NCBI RefSeq assembly: GCF_009914755.1
Contig: NC_060936.1
From: the human T2T-CHM13v2.0 reference genome, Homo sapiens
Strand: one strand, 5' to 3'
DNA: 64,000 bases
Shown: piece after piece, positions 1 to 14,326 of the stretch
How the letters are laid out: each line of letters begins with the position of its first letter
Numbering within the stretch: the first letter of the stretch is position 1
Translations under genes and position numbers: made by a program
The notes under the pieces: model-generated
Told to the model about the DNA's origin: nothing
Seen by the model: the letters and a program-made list of their open reading frames with translations, nothing else
Databases searched by the model: none

Positions 1-1140
1 ATTGCAACAAAAACAAAAATTGACAAGTGGGACCTAATTAAAGAGGTTCTTCAGAGCAAAAGGAACTATTGATAGACAATCTACAAAATGGGAGAAAGCA
101 TATGCAAACTATGCATCCAACAAAGGTCTAATATTCAGAATCCATAAGAAACTTAAACAAATCAAGAAGCAAAAAACAAATAACCCCAATAGAAAATGGG
201 CAAAGAGCATAAACAGATACTTCTGAAAAGAAGACACACAAGAGGCCAATAAGCCTACAAAAAATGCTCAACGTTACTAATTATCAGAGAAATGCAAATC
301 AAAGCCAAAATGAGATACAATCTCACACTAGTCAGAATGGCCATTATTAAAAAATCAAAAAACAACAGACACTGTGAGACTGCAGAGAAAAGGGAATGCT
401 TATACATTATTCATGGGGATGTAGCTTAAGCAGTTACGTAGTTCAGCCACTGTGGAAAGCAACTCTAAGTAATGAGGACATCTATACCTTTTATCTCTAC
501 AGTAAGGCCAAGGAGAGTACTCCAATTTTTAGGAGTAACGTTAGCATTCCAAGGCATAATATTTTTACGAACGTATGGAGAGTGACCAGTTTGAAGATTT
601 CTCAAAAAACTTGAAACAGAGCTACCATTTGATTCAGCAACCCCATTACTATGTATATATCCAAAGGAAAGTAGATTGTTGTACCAAACAGACATGCACA
701 TGTATGTTCATTGTTGTGCCATTCACAATAGCAAAGACACGGAATTAATGTAGTTGCCCATTAATGGTGGATTGGATAAAATATGTGGTGCATATATACC
801 ATGATATACTATATGGTCATAATAAAAAAGTAAAATCATGTCCTTTGCAGCAATATGGATGAAGCTGGAGGCCATAATCCTAAGCAAAGCAATGCAGAAA
901 CAGAAAACCAACTTCCATATGTTCTCAGTTATAAGTGGGAGCTAAACACTGAACACACATAGACATGAACATAGAAACAGTAGACACTGTGGACTACCTG
1001 AGGGGTAAGGGAGGGAGTGGGGCATTTTTTGAAAAACTATCTATTTAGTACTAGGCTCACTACCTGGATGCAATATACCCATGTAACGAACCTGCACATG
1101 TACCCTCTATACCTAATATAAAAGTCGAAATTAAAAATAG
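1..1140 (+). mobile_element. LINE-1 (L1PB/old L1PA-like), 3' part of ORF2 plus 3' UTR, decayed; runs off the window start
   Basis: Typical L1 motifs: 'aaaattgacaagtgggacctaattaaa', 'agagaaatgcaaatcaaa', 'atggatgaagctggaggccat', 'aacctgcacatgtaccc' and an A-rich end near 1120-1140. Interrupted at 462-588. Confidence 0.92.
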
Positions 1141-1379
1141 CTAACTAAATAAGTAAAATGTAGATTTCCCACTGGCTGTATTCTGAATGTGCATTGCCTA
1201 TTATAGTGTAATAGGGGACCAATTTGTTCCCAAAGATGTAAATATCTCCTCCAGTGTGTTTTCCTCATCCCCATCCCCTCTGAGGGAACTCATGAATGTG
1301 AACCATCCAGTTATCATATTTGTTCAAAGCAAGAAAGCAGGGAAATGAAGGTCTCAGCCAGAACACACACAGTTATTGT

Positions 1380-1385
1380 TTTATT
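1380..1385 (-). terminator. ARHGDIB: ARHGDIB polyadenylation signal AATAAA
   Basis: 'tttatt' on + reads AATAAA on -, about 475 nt after the stop codon, followed by a GT-rich tract (TGTGTGTGTTCTGG). Confidence 0.85.
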
Positions 1386-1858
1386 CTTGTTCTCTTGTGT
1401 CGTTTACAGTGTCTCTCACAAAAGAAGAACTCCCTCTGGCAGGGGATGTGACTAGGGACTCATTGGGCCAGCAACAACCACAAAAGAATCTAGGCATTAG
1501 AATGAACTACTGGAACCTGAGTCAAAGACCTGTTAGTGATAATTTGCCCATTTTCTGGCCTCTAGTTGCTTGAATAGGGGTAAGACAGGGAAATATTAAA
1601 TGATTGTGTACTGAGATGGAGACGTGGAAGATCTGGCCCTGATGGAGGATCAGAGGGAGCAGGTTGGGTGAAAGCCCGGTTTTAAGCCTCTTGTTCTAGG
1701 GACCACGTTGAGTGACAGGGTGGGAAAAGATGCATCAATAAGGAAATGTGGCAGTGTTGAAGAGGGACCCAGCTGTGGACAGGGAGGAGGGACAGGGTGC
1801 TGAACACGCCTGAGAGAATTCTTCCAGGTGGCAAGGGTGGGGAAAGGGGTGGATGCAT

Positions 1859-2134
<276 letters not shown>

Positions 2135-2209
2135 CTACAGCCTACAGTGATTAAAGTCAAGAGCAATGGTTTCCAAGCCTAAATAAACATTAGATTTACC
2201 TGAGGCGTC

Positions 2210-2503
<294 letters not shown>

Positions 2504-4112
2504 CCTGAGGCATCTTTTTAAAAAAATTATTCTTTAAAACATTTTTTAAGTTGGAGTGCCTTTTAATAATATAGTTTCCTTTGTCCTACTTCCAAAGGCT
2601 ATGGTTCAGTAACCTTCTGTGGGTCCCAGGGATCAGTGTTTTTAAAAAACTACAAAGTTGATTCTGAGGTAAAGTTGGGGAACCAGTGGCCTAAATCAAT
2701 GGGGATTAAGCCTGTTTTTTTTTTGTTGTTGTTGTTGTTGTTTTTTTTTATGGAGATATAGCAGATTACACCATTTTAAAAAACTCAGACAAATTGAGAC
2801 CTCAGTTCTGATCTCAGTCCTGCAATGGCCTAAGTCATATAACATTTTTGAGCCTCCATTTCTTTGTGTATATGATGGACTTTAAGGATCTTCTATCTAC
2901 AAACTGTCATTCTATGAACATATCAGTTGGGGGAGATAAAGTAACAGATGGTGATGAGAATTCATGGATAGAATAACTGGATGGAACAACAACAGCAGTA
3001 AGTTGGTAAAAAAAAAAGTGAAGAACTAGGACAAATGGTGAAAATAGCCAATCAAGTTTATTTATAGGTGGTTAACTGGAATATATATTAAGAATAGTTG
3101 GGCATTGAAAAGTATACATAGGCAGATAGGTGGCATATAGTTGGCTAAGTGTTGCTAATAAGTTTGAAAAAACAGTTGCAGACATGTCACTGTCCTTTTG
3201 TCTAAGTGAGGTGATACGGGCTTTATGCCCAAAGGAAAATAGGAAATTAAACTTTTTTTTCATGAGACTAGGTATCGGAAAGGCCAATCAATATCTTTCA
3301 GGTCAATGGTCTTCTCTGGGATTTGAGAAATTGACTGGTCCTCTATGTCATCCAGATTTATCAGACAATTTCTCCCCTATCTTGCTTATTAATTTGGTGG
3401 AAACTGAGACATGCTTTGTTGTTTCTTGCCTCTGGAGGGGACAGACCCTTAGGTAGAAAGGAACTGTAAAGTGCCTCCATCACCTTCCCGCCTCTCATTT
3501 CTCCCTGCCTATATTAATGAAAGAAAATTGAAGGCAGGGTCCCAAGGCATGTCAAGAAGAATTGCAGATTAAGTAATGTTGTTGTGTTATTTTAATTAGA
3601 CAGGCTTTTTCAATCCTAGAAAATATTTTTTTTTCTATTTCTTTGTTAGGAAATTGAGCATTGCCTCCCCCTTCCCTCCAATGCCACCCCCACCTACTCC
3701 CACCCCAGATACACATGGCACTGGGCAAGTTTTTTCTTTCTTGGTTTTCTCTGACACTTGGGTTTTGTACCTGTGAACTGCCTTTTTTGGTTGTTTACTT
3801 TGTAGAGTATTTTTATATACTTTATTTCCTTTAAACTTATCTTGGTTACTCTTCTCCTTTACGAGTGATAATATTGAATCCAAAAAGCTGACTGCTGAAG
3901 GTTAGCAGCTGATGCAGTCTAAACGAGGTCCCCTGAGCATTGGCCTTGTCAATGTCTATATCAGAGGTGTATTTGTGCCTTTTCCTAGAGCCGGCATCCA
4001 CAGCTTTTATTGTATTCTCATCTGAGTCTATAGCTAAAAGTTGCTAATAACCAGAAGTTAAAGTATCAATGAGAAGCAGTTTGGGACAGTGTGGAAATGT
4101 GGGTTCCCTTAC

Positions 4113-4176
4113 CTTTCACCCCAGTCCTGTAGGTGTGCTGAACGTATTTCAGGCCTGACACAATATCCCTGTTCAC
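4113..4176 (-). CDS. ARHGDIB: RhoGDI2 coding exon 4 (gene exon 5)
   Basis: Encodes [21 protein letters not shown](V). CAG acceptor and GTAAGG donor; 64 nt; phase consistent. Confidence 0.97.
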
Positions 4177-7100
4177 CTGCAGGTGGGAAGGAACCAAGAT
4201 GTTCAGATTAAGAGGGTCTTTCATTTTTTCTCATCTTTCATGCTGATCCTGCCTAGCTGAATCGTCTCTGACAATGAAAAAACTAAAGATTTAGTTCAGA
4301 ATTGGTGTTTCTATAATTATTTAGCATGGCTGTGAGGCAAAGATTAGAGAGGGGAAATCATAAAATGCAACATTGCCAAACTGGTTTAATTATCGAACAT
4401 TTTGATTTTTACCGTTTTGGGAGAGAGGAGTGGTTCATTAAAACATTGGCCCAATATTCTTCATTGTATTTCTCCTTTCTCAATGGTCCCAAGAATGGCC
4501 TTGAGCTTTCCCTCTCCAATACTGCTGACCAAGAGACCATCCTTGTCTTAGGAAAAGTTATGAAGATACCAATAGAGCACATTATGTAAATATCTAAAAA
4601 CCACAACCTCAGAGATGATCCACTTACCATATAAAAAACAAACAACAAGGAGGAAAGTGAAAATTCATGTCTAGAAGATGGCTGTGACTGCAATATAACT
4701 GAAATAATGGGTGAAATTCACTTGTATCTGGCAAGTATGTTGGATGTCTGTCATTTTCAGACGTTGTCTGAGATCTTGCTATTTTCCCAAGCCTTTCAAA
4801 GAAAATTCAGTAACGCAGAATGAAAATGTGGACAGCCCAAGAACTTTGTTTTTCCATGATTCATTTCACCTGGGACTGACCTGGGTTGTCTGTTAATTTT
4901 ACACAGTCGTTATGTCTATACAAACAAATTAAAGTGGACATTGCATCATTAGCCGAAGAGCTTGGTTATCTGTTCACCAATGTGAAGAATTAAAGCATCT
5001 TCAAATAATTTTTCTTCAACAATAATTATGGCTGTCCTTTTGCGTTGGACACAATAGTTCAACCAATCAACCAGTGCTATCTTTTGTTTTGTTGGCAGGG
5101 AGGTGGCAGAGCAGTGAACTCTGCCAGCTTAGATTCTTGACTGTCACAGGGTAAATCTGTAGTATAAACCTATGAAAAGCTGTCAGAAAAAAAATTAGCA
5201 TCATCAAAGAGACTGTGATAAAGCCCAGGCTTTCTAATACTGTGAGTCTCAAATGTAGCTCATAGGAATAGGGAAAATAAATGCACCTTTCTAGATGTCC
5301 CGAAGCTTATCCCTTTCACCTAGTGGGAGAAAGACCTAAGAAGAAGAATTATATTGGTGTAGCAATAAGGACTTCAAGACAAAGAGTCTACCATCTCACC
5401 AGCGCTCTTCAGTGGGTCCATTTAATATAAATACATTTGGGGTGGGTGAAATAAAACTATGAATATTCATAGAATCCTCTTCTTCTGCCCACATCCCCAT
5501 CCCTATTGTGTCTCCCACTCCAGGGGGAAGAAGCCTTGGTGTTATGAATCAAAGTGAGAGCTGTGGAAGTCAGAGATACCACATTTCCTTGGGAGGCAGA
5601 AAAAAAGTTGGGAAGAACCTAAAATAACAATCGTAGGTCAGGTTTTTAGAAAGTGCTAAGAAGTTTGGGAGGAGAAAAAGAACATTGAGTGCAACTAACA
5701 GAGATTGTGAAAGAGGACTTAACATGTGTTACTTGTGTTATAAATGCAAACTTTCTTGGACATTTTTCAAGAGACTTCAGTGAAGATTTAAGTTGTTTTT
5801 CAAGGATTTTTGACTTTGATCTGGCATTTCTTCTAATTGTAGCACCATGCTGGGACAAGCCACAGGATGGTTCAACTTTACGTAGGTTACCCAGAGAGCC
5901 ATCAAACCTCTGAATTAGAGAGTACTCAAAAGCCCCTTTCTGTGGCCTCCTCCTGCATCATCCTAATGTGTAAACCTGTCCACACAGACCCACATACCAC
6001 ATTCCTCCTCCACCTCCCCATCCAGAGGAGAAGCCCCTGTTCCAGAGCTTTCCTTTGCATCTTAGTCACGTCAAAATTTACCTGTCACATTTCATTTGAG
6101 GAAACCTGGTTTACCAAATAGACAAATTAATGCAATAGCATCAATGATTAAAAATGAAACTGATGTGCAACCCATTCTAGGCATATTTTGATATAATGCC
6201 TTACCAAACCTTCAGGTGCTCCAATAATAAATAATATGACAGGAAACAAGTAAGTGAACCCTAGCTCAGTGTCCATTATAGAGTAGGCATCAACAAATAT
6301 TTCCAGGATGAAATTATTTTCAGTTATATTTGTATGGGGTAGGGAGGTCATCCATAAACCCTGAATCATATCCTGTACCTTGGGGAAAAAAGTTCCCAGT
6401 GTGCAAATAGAGAGAGCAGATGGAGTCTTCCTTGGTGGAGCCCAGGCCCTGGAGACTGAGGCTAAGTGGGAATGAGAGGCCACCAAAGCAAACATAAACC
6501 ACGAAGTGCAAACACTGCATTTCTAACTTATTTGTTTTCAAAGTCAAAGTTATTTTTCTTGTGATTTTGGCTGCTCATTGGGATATATGGCTCATTGGGA
6601 TATATTAGATGTCAGTTTATTTCTTATTTAGTTTCCTCTTTCCTGGTTACCTGTTCCACAACTATAATTGTAATTTCCAGTTCTTTAGCAAAGATCACAC
6701 TTCCTGGATTTATATAATCCTTGAGCAATTAGAGCTGAGGCCCTGTCCCATTTTCTTTTCCTATTGGTTGATTCACTTGTTTGTCCACTTTTCAATATAT
6801 ATTCATGAACTATATGCTATTTACAAAGTTTTGTGTGAAATATTGGAAAGGAGAGATGTACAATTTCACCCTAGATTGAGGTGCTTATATTCTATGAAGA
6901 AGAAATGACACAGGTGGTACAACACAAAGCAGTGTGTGCCTCGAGGATGTGTTTGGAGTTCACAGAGGGATCCCATTGGCTTAAGAGATAATGAAGAGTT
7001 TAAGAAGTCCTGGCTAGGAAAAGACAGGAGGCAAACGTGGGTCTCAACAGGTAGCCCTCAGGGCTGGGAAGAGGACATTCCAGACCTAGCTTGGGGGTAC

Positions 7101-7182
7101 TAGGGGAGAAACAAACAAAAAGTACCTCAACATGATCATGCAAGAAATGTAGTCACTGATTAAAGAAAAGATTTAAACTTTA

Positions 7183-7311
<129 letters not shown>

Positions 7312-7435
7312 TTATCCTCAAAAGCAGATACACAAGTTAATAAATGACTTTTAAGTCCCGGAAAAATTTGTTGGGCCCACGAGGGCAACATGGTTCACAG
7401 GGCCCTCAATTCACAGAGTATTTGAGTTTAGTCCT

Positions 7436-7480
<45 letters not shown>
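7436..7480. repeat. (GC)n(AC)n microsatellite
   Basis: tgcgcgcacacac...acacgt, about 45 bp of uninterrupted purine/pyrimidine alternation. Confidence 0.97.
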
Positions 7481-9137
7481 AATGCCTGAAATCTTACAGC
7501 TCTGTTATGAAAAACATGAGAGTTTCCCTGCCCCCAAGTTTGATGACAATGCTAAAAATACACAAGACATTACAAATAATGAGTTGTGAAGATAAATCTT
7601 TTTTTGGTCCATTTATTCTCTCATTGAGAATTATATTACTGGTCAAATGAAGAGGTTATTAAAGAATATGCCCCTTACCCCTCAAATAAAACATATAAGA
7701 AAAATAGTATTTAGGAGTGTCAGCTATTTGTTTTTATAGATTTGGTGATGTTTGTGGCATTTTCTAGCTTTTAAAATTCTACTTGTTTTTATTCATTTTA
7801 TCACTTTAAGAAAATGTTCACCTTTGTGTTTACTCTTGTATTTTCATTTGCAATTTCATACTATTTTTCTTAAGGAATATCACTAAAGTTATAAAAGCTT
7901 CAGGTTCCATAAAACCAGGATCTGTCCCAAATTCCTGTACCCTGATTAAGGAGGTAATCACTCTCTATGCTTTTCTTCATGCATAGCAGCTTGTTAGTGA
8001 CAGAAAACCCAATTTGGTTTTCCTCTGCTGGGAAAGGGGACAGAGACCAAGTTTTCCTTGCAATACTACCAGGTCCTGCTGAAGAGAACAGATTTCTTTA
8101 GCGCTAATTCAGACCTTATCTTGCAAACTGGCAGCTGTACCTGGTAATATTAGGAAGACTCTGAGTTCTGGTGAGAGAGCGTGAGTTTCTCTCCTGGAGA
8201 GATGTCAGCATGTCGGGGTAGCTGAATGTGTGTGTGTGCCTGCTCTAATGATTTCAGTTGAACAGGAAGTGTGCCTTCTCAGCCTCTGATTTCCTCCCTC
8301 TGACAAAAAAGCCCATATAAGGTAAAGACTGGCTGTGTCCTGTGAGAGGGGAACTACTCTGCTGCTAACTAAGCCAACTGTTCTAGACTTGTGCTTTGTC
8401 TGTCTCACAAGAGTCCAATTTTTTCATTTGGTAACTATTTTTTTTTCCCACTAAAAACTTGCCTTTGAAGGCCCCAATCTCCTGGCTCCGTGCTTCTCCT
8501 CTCATATCCCCTCTGATGCCCATTTCCTCCACAATAACCCCCTTCCCAGTCTCTCTCCTCCTCAAGCCCTAAGTCTCAGGGAAAGGCTTGACCCTTAGTT
8601 ACAATAAGGTGAAAGAAAATAACATCTTAATTTGTACGCCTTTAGTAGGAGACGTTGTTTATTTAACAAGAATCAGAGTTTCAAGCTAAAACAATTCAAT
8701 CTATAGCAGTGGAATTTCTAGTATAATTCCGGATTGCTTCTCACCTTCCAGTAAGTTTTGTAGTGGATAGAAGATCAATACTTTGATGTTTAGACTGTAT
8801 AAACCTTATAACTTCAGAAGCACACAATTTGTTTCTTAATATTTCCATCAGCAGTCTTTATTGCATAAATAACAATTCTCTTACTATCATGTGGAGACAA
8901 AAATCTGTAAATATATCAAATGTGTATACCTGCACTCTCTTCAATTAAATAGAGATAAAGATTGGGCTTTTCATGAAACATGGTAAATACTGTGCACTCT
9001 AAGAGCAATGATTTGTTAACTGGTCCTAGCATATATATCTCTCTGATTCACCAGTTTTCTTCTGTTGGAACAGGAGACAGAGACCAAGTTTTCTTTGTGA
9101 TATCTTAGGCCCCCTTTGAACAGTACAGATGTGTCTA

Positions 9138-9419
<282 letters not shown>

Positions 9420-9872
9420 TTAGGCACTTGTAGGTCCATCTAATTATTGACATCCAACATTTCCTGAATGGCTATGGGTCAGGTACTCTGCTAATTGGGC
9501 ACTGTCCATTTATATCTCTGGGCCATGTCTTGTTCTGCCGCGGTGTATGTGGAAGAGATGAACGGTTAGGTAAGGACTGAGAAAGAGAGAAAATGGAGAG
9601 AGAGAAATACAATTCTAAGTGGTAGCCTGGAATTCTTTCTAAATCCCCTCTGTGTGTTATGTGTGCCTATCTCACTGCTGACTTGCATCTTATCTCTTAA
9701 GAAGACTTAATTATACAGTTCATAACTTTAATCAGCATATATAAATTGTGCCTCGCTCACTTTTTCCTGGAAGCAGTTGGTCCTCTTCCCTTTGCTGCTG
9801 CTCCTGAGCAGCCAAAATGTCTTCTTCCCTCTCAGCGATCTTCCACCCACCCTGTTCTCTGTACACACATAC

Positions 9873-10053
9873 CTGTCACCACAGGACCATCTCCCAGCAG
9901 CGTTTTCTTGTACTTAATTAGACTCTCATCATCTTTGTCCATTTCCTGCAGCTCTTTCAGGGACTTCTGTGGTGGAGGCTTATAATTGAGCTTGCTGTCC
10001 AGCTCATCATCGTCATCCTCCTCCACATGTGGCTCTGGGGCTTTTTCAGTCAT
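9873..10053 (-). CDS. ARHGDIB: RhoGDI2 first coding exon (gene exon 2; exon starts at 10065 with 12 nt of 5' UTR)
   Basis: Encodes MTEKAPEPHVEEDDDDELDSKLNYKPPPQKSLKELQEMDKDDESLIKYKKTLLGDGPVVT, including the known caspase-3 site DELD. GTATGT donor; 181 nt. Exon total 181+84+77+64+200 = 606 nt = 201 aa plus stop. Confidence 0.98.
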
Positions 10054-13000
10054 TCTGATCTATTTCTGGGAGACAGAATGACAGCCCGTTAGTCAACAAG
10101 TCATGAATATAAAAGATGTTAGTGGGGCTGCTGTTAGCAGCCTCCTTACCCTCATGGACTTCTCTGATCATCAGTCACTTTCCTGATTGTTTTCCTAATT
10201 CAATCTCATTAAATTCTATGAAATAATAATCTAATGTATTCTAGTAATTTCTCTGACCTGCCTGAATTTCTCTGTACCATTGTAGTATCTTCTATTCACT
10301 GAACAAAACTGACAAGAAAGAAATCACTCATATGTGAATAACGTACTACGAGTGAAGCAACATGGCACAAAGACTCCTGAACAAATGAAGCAAAAGCCCA
10401 GTCAAAAAGCTGTAGGAGTTATCACAGTCCTCCAAATCCAGCCAGCCTGGCTAGCGTCAAAGCTTGCAGCATGCACAGTCTGAGTGATAATGGTGGAGAG
10501 AGGCAGGAGAGAGAAGAGAGAGGTGGAGTACTTGCCAGAGAAATGGTTGGCTCCTCCCCATCAATGGAATCTGTCCCTGAACTCCAGCAATGCCTCAAAG
10601 ATGACTCATGACGAACCGTTGACCTTTATGATACCTGCCTCAGGTGCCTGCATGGTTCACACCCAACACTGCTAATCACCCCTCAAGGGTGGGTACTAGG
10701 TTTGCTGTTTTTCTTGAATTCCCCCTAAAACACTTGCATAGTTCTGGCACTTTATACAATTTCCTTGATTGATATATAAGGTTTTATATCTAAAGATATT
10801 CTATTCTTTTTAAATGCCACAAAAATAGCAAAGGACAGTTTAAATTCCTCCAGACAAAATCGTAAGTACAAATTTGCCCTTAGCATTTGTCCATCCATTT
10901 CCCTTTTCTGGATCCACTTCCCTTTCAGTCTCTCCCCTTCTCCCCTTCCTAGGTTTCCATTGACCTTATAAGGCCCCACCTGGGCATACCCTGGAGTCTT
11001 CCTTCATCTCTTATTATCTACATTTACTTGTTTTGTGTTAAAACATTGAGGAGAAATCTAGGCAAGTTATTTACCTGTTAAGGGTTAATGACTGAATAGT
11101 AGATTCAAAAATTATTCCTTTTAGAGGATGTATAGTCACAGCTTTTCAGAGCTGAAATGAACCACTGGGGTTCATGTAATCATTGAGGATATTGAGATCC
11201 AGAGTTAAGAGAATTGCCCAGGTTCACACAGCTGGATGAGAGGCAGTATACTAACCAAGAGGAAGAAGTCCCTCTGGGAAGAATTTCAGGCCCTGTGGCT
11301 GACAGCCACATGAGATGGCTGCCGGGGAGATATTTGGGCAAGGAGATTGTTTTCTGATTTCCTTAATTCTATCTTGAGGGTAACTCTTTTCCCTGCCTGT
11401 GGTTAAAGCCTTCATTGCTCCTAAGTGACACAACTATAAGAAAATGTCTGTCACATCACATCCTGAGTGGTTCTGCAAACCTTAATAAAGTCTCCCAGGA
11501 GTGAAGATATCTCTGGCCAAAATCAGTTCTAGTTTTGAGTTTCAATGTCACTATTATTGGCAAGAGGAAGAAAAATAATTTGGAAGTAAAGCCAAATGAG
11601 AGCAATTTTAATGGAACCAAAAAAAAAAAAAAAAAAGAGAAACAAAGAAATAATATCCCTTGGCTCATCAATTCTCTTCCATCTAAATAAGCAGCCAAAC
11701 ATTATGAGCTAGCCTTGACCAACTCTGAAAACAGCATTGCAATGCCCAGGTTCACTTCCTGTACAGGAAGAAAACATGTAGGCCTGTTCCTATGGCAACT
11801 CTTGCTTTAGCAGAAGAAACAGCACCACTCAAAGATGAGACTCTAGAGCACAGCAGAATAAACATAGTGACTAATGCAATTCGTATTCCAAACAACACTC
11901 AGGGAAAGTGAATGAACTGGTTGGAAAAAAATGAAGGAGGCAGCGTGTAGATGTTGTAGGTTGTGGGAAATTTAATGACATTCATTAAGGGGCAAATGAA
12001 GAGCAAGCCAGATAAGACTAATCAGATGAGACAGGGGCATACCCAGAACCCTGGTGATCCCCGGAGGATGGGGGCCACATAACAAACCTGCTGACCGAGC
12101 ATCGGAACAACGGTTCATAGAGGAAGACATCCCAGCCCCCATGGTCAGGCCTTTCTGAACTGTATCACTTGGTTCTAACAAGTCGCCTGATTGAATGAAA
12201 CCTGGCCATCAGATGGTAACATTACATCCAGTCACTGGCTCAAGATGATTTCAATAACCTCCAGGAAATTGCAACTATGCAGGCTCAAATCTCAATGTTG
12301 AAAAGAGAAAGAGAGAGAAAGAGAAAGAGAGCGAGAGAGGGATTAGGTATAGGACAAGATTTGCCACCTTCTAACAGTATGACCATTGGCATGTCCATTT
12401 ATCTAACATATAGGTCTTGATCTTCTCATCAGTAAATCTGAGGCTTATGTTCTACATTTTCTCGATTCATTGCAAACAGATATAACAATTGTTTCATAAA
12501 AAGAGACACAAATTTACCTAGACATTAAAGAGTGGAGGATACTGTGGGATTTCTGTACAAAATTTTGTTGCAGTCAAAAGGGGGAAATTCAGGGCCACAT
12601 TAAAATCATTTGGTTTAATTATAGCATAAGAAAAAGAGATATGAGACCAGGTGATCCCAAACTAGCTCATTCTAGAAAGCTGATTAGAAAGAGTAATAAT
12701 ACAACAAATAAAGGACTGGAAGAGCAGTTCTCAGAGAAAGCCTTTTAAAGTAAAATTAGGGTCATGATTATTTGGTGAGCACCCACTGTTTACAAGACAC
12801 TGTACTTCAGCCATACTGATGTTTAAATTACTCTTCAGAGTAGAGAAGAGGCTGGAAGTTGGGCAATCTAACTATACCAAAAGGGCCCACCTGGTTTGGT
12901 TGATTTCTTATTTTTTTTGGAGATTACAGGTCTCTTTTTTAAAAATCTGATAAACATTATGGTAATTATCTCAAGGAAAAAAAAAACAGATAAACCCATG

Positions 13001-13160
13001 ACATTGTGCATATGATCCAGGGGTTTGTGGACCCCTGAAGTCCTTTATAGACTTATTTGGGTTCAAGATCTCCAGATTAGGAACATAACCTCAAAACTAT
13101 GGAAGCATGAAGCAGAGAGTGGAGTGTTACAGAGGAAGGTTGCTTTTTTGCTTTTGCTTG

Positions 13161-13323
13161 CTCTCTCTCTCTCTCTCTCTCTTTCTCTTTCTCTCTCTTT
13201 CTCTCTTTCTCCCTTTCTTTCTTTGTCTCTCTCTCTCCCTTCTTTCTTTCTCTCTCTCTCTCCCTTCTTTCCTTCCTTCCTTTCTTCTTTCCTTCCTTCC
13301 TTCCTTCCTTTCTTCTTTCCTTC

Positions 13324-13330
<7 letters not shown>
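13161..13330. repeat. (CT)n/(CTTT)n/(CCTT)n polypyrimidine tract, an expanded Alu tail
   Basis: About 170 bp of almost pure C/T directly adjoining an antisense Alu. Confidence 0.95.
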
Positions 13331-13600
<270 letters not shown>

Positions 13601-14137
13601 AGAAGCTTGCTTTTTCCTGGAGCTCCACCAGATCATTGACACAACTTAGTCTCAAGCTGAGAGTCATGTCCACCTGCTCAAAGTGTTGAATATATTGAAG
13701 CAGAAGATATCAGGTGACACCTGTGTCTGAGGGCGCATGACCACAAAGCCTGGCAGAGAAGCCCAGGTGCACATGGGTGCAGGAAGTAGACCCTTAGGAG
13801 AATTCCGTGGTCATTCCGTTTGATTTTGGATAATGATCTCTTCATTGAACTAGGCCTTGTTATGCATGCCTGGGTTTGGGTTCTGGCTTTCCTACTAACT
13901 AGCTTTTCCCCTGTTAACTGAATGTTGCAACCACTGCGGATCTGAGTTTCCTCATCTTGGGGGATGAGGGATTAGAGCACATCATCTTTAGATGATTACT
14001 TTTCTAAGGCCTCCGCATATTTCTCCTGACCTGCAGTCATGGGTCAGCTAAGTTACCATTCAGTTACCTTATTTCACCTGTGAATATGAGAGAATATCTG
14101 TCTGTGTTTTGTTATTTAAAATGTATGTGAATCCCCA

Positions 14138-14326
14138 TGCTAAGTGAGTAGACATTAGCTGCTCTTGGCACAGAAACAAAAAAAGGGTAACTACGTGAGA
14201 TGATGGATATGTTGATTTGCTTCACTAACATTTTTACTATCGATGTGTGTCCCTAAACATTATGTTGTATACCTTAAATATATGCAATAAAATTCATCTT
14301 TAAAAGGAAATTTAAAAATTAAAAAA
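14138..14326 (+). mobile_element. 5'-truncated L1MA-type 3' end with a 21-bp target-site duplication
   Basis: 'gtgagatgatggatatgtt...ttgtataccttaaatatatgcaat' plus A-rich tail, flanked by taaaatgtatgtgaatcccca at 14117-14137 and 14327-14347. Confidence 0.85.

Noticed and set aside
11972-12250. GC-richer patch with a 69-aa ORF, possibly a processed pseudogene or alternative exon
   Set aside because: No recognisable protein or RNA similarity, no poly-A or target duplication, and no clear splice pair.
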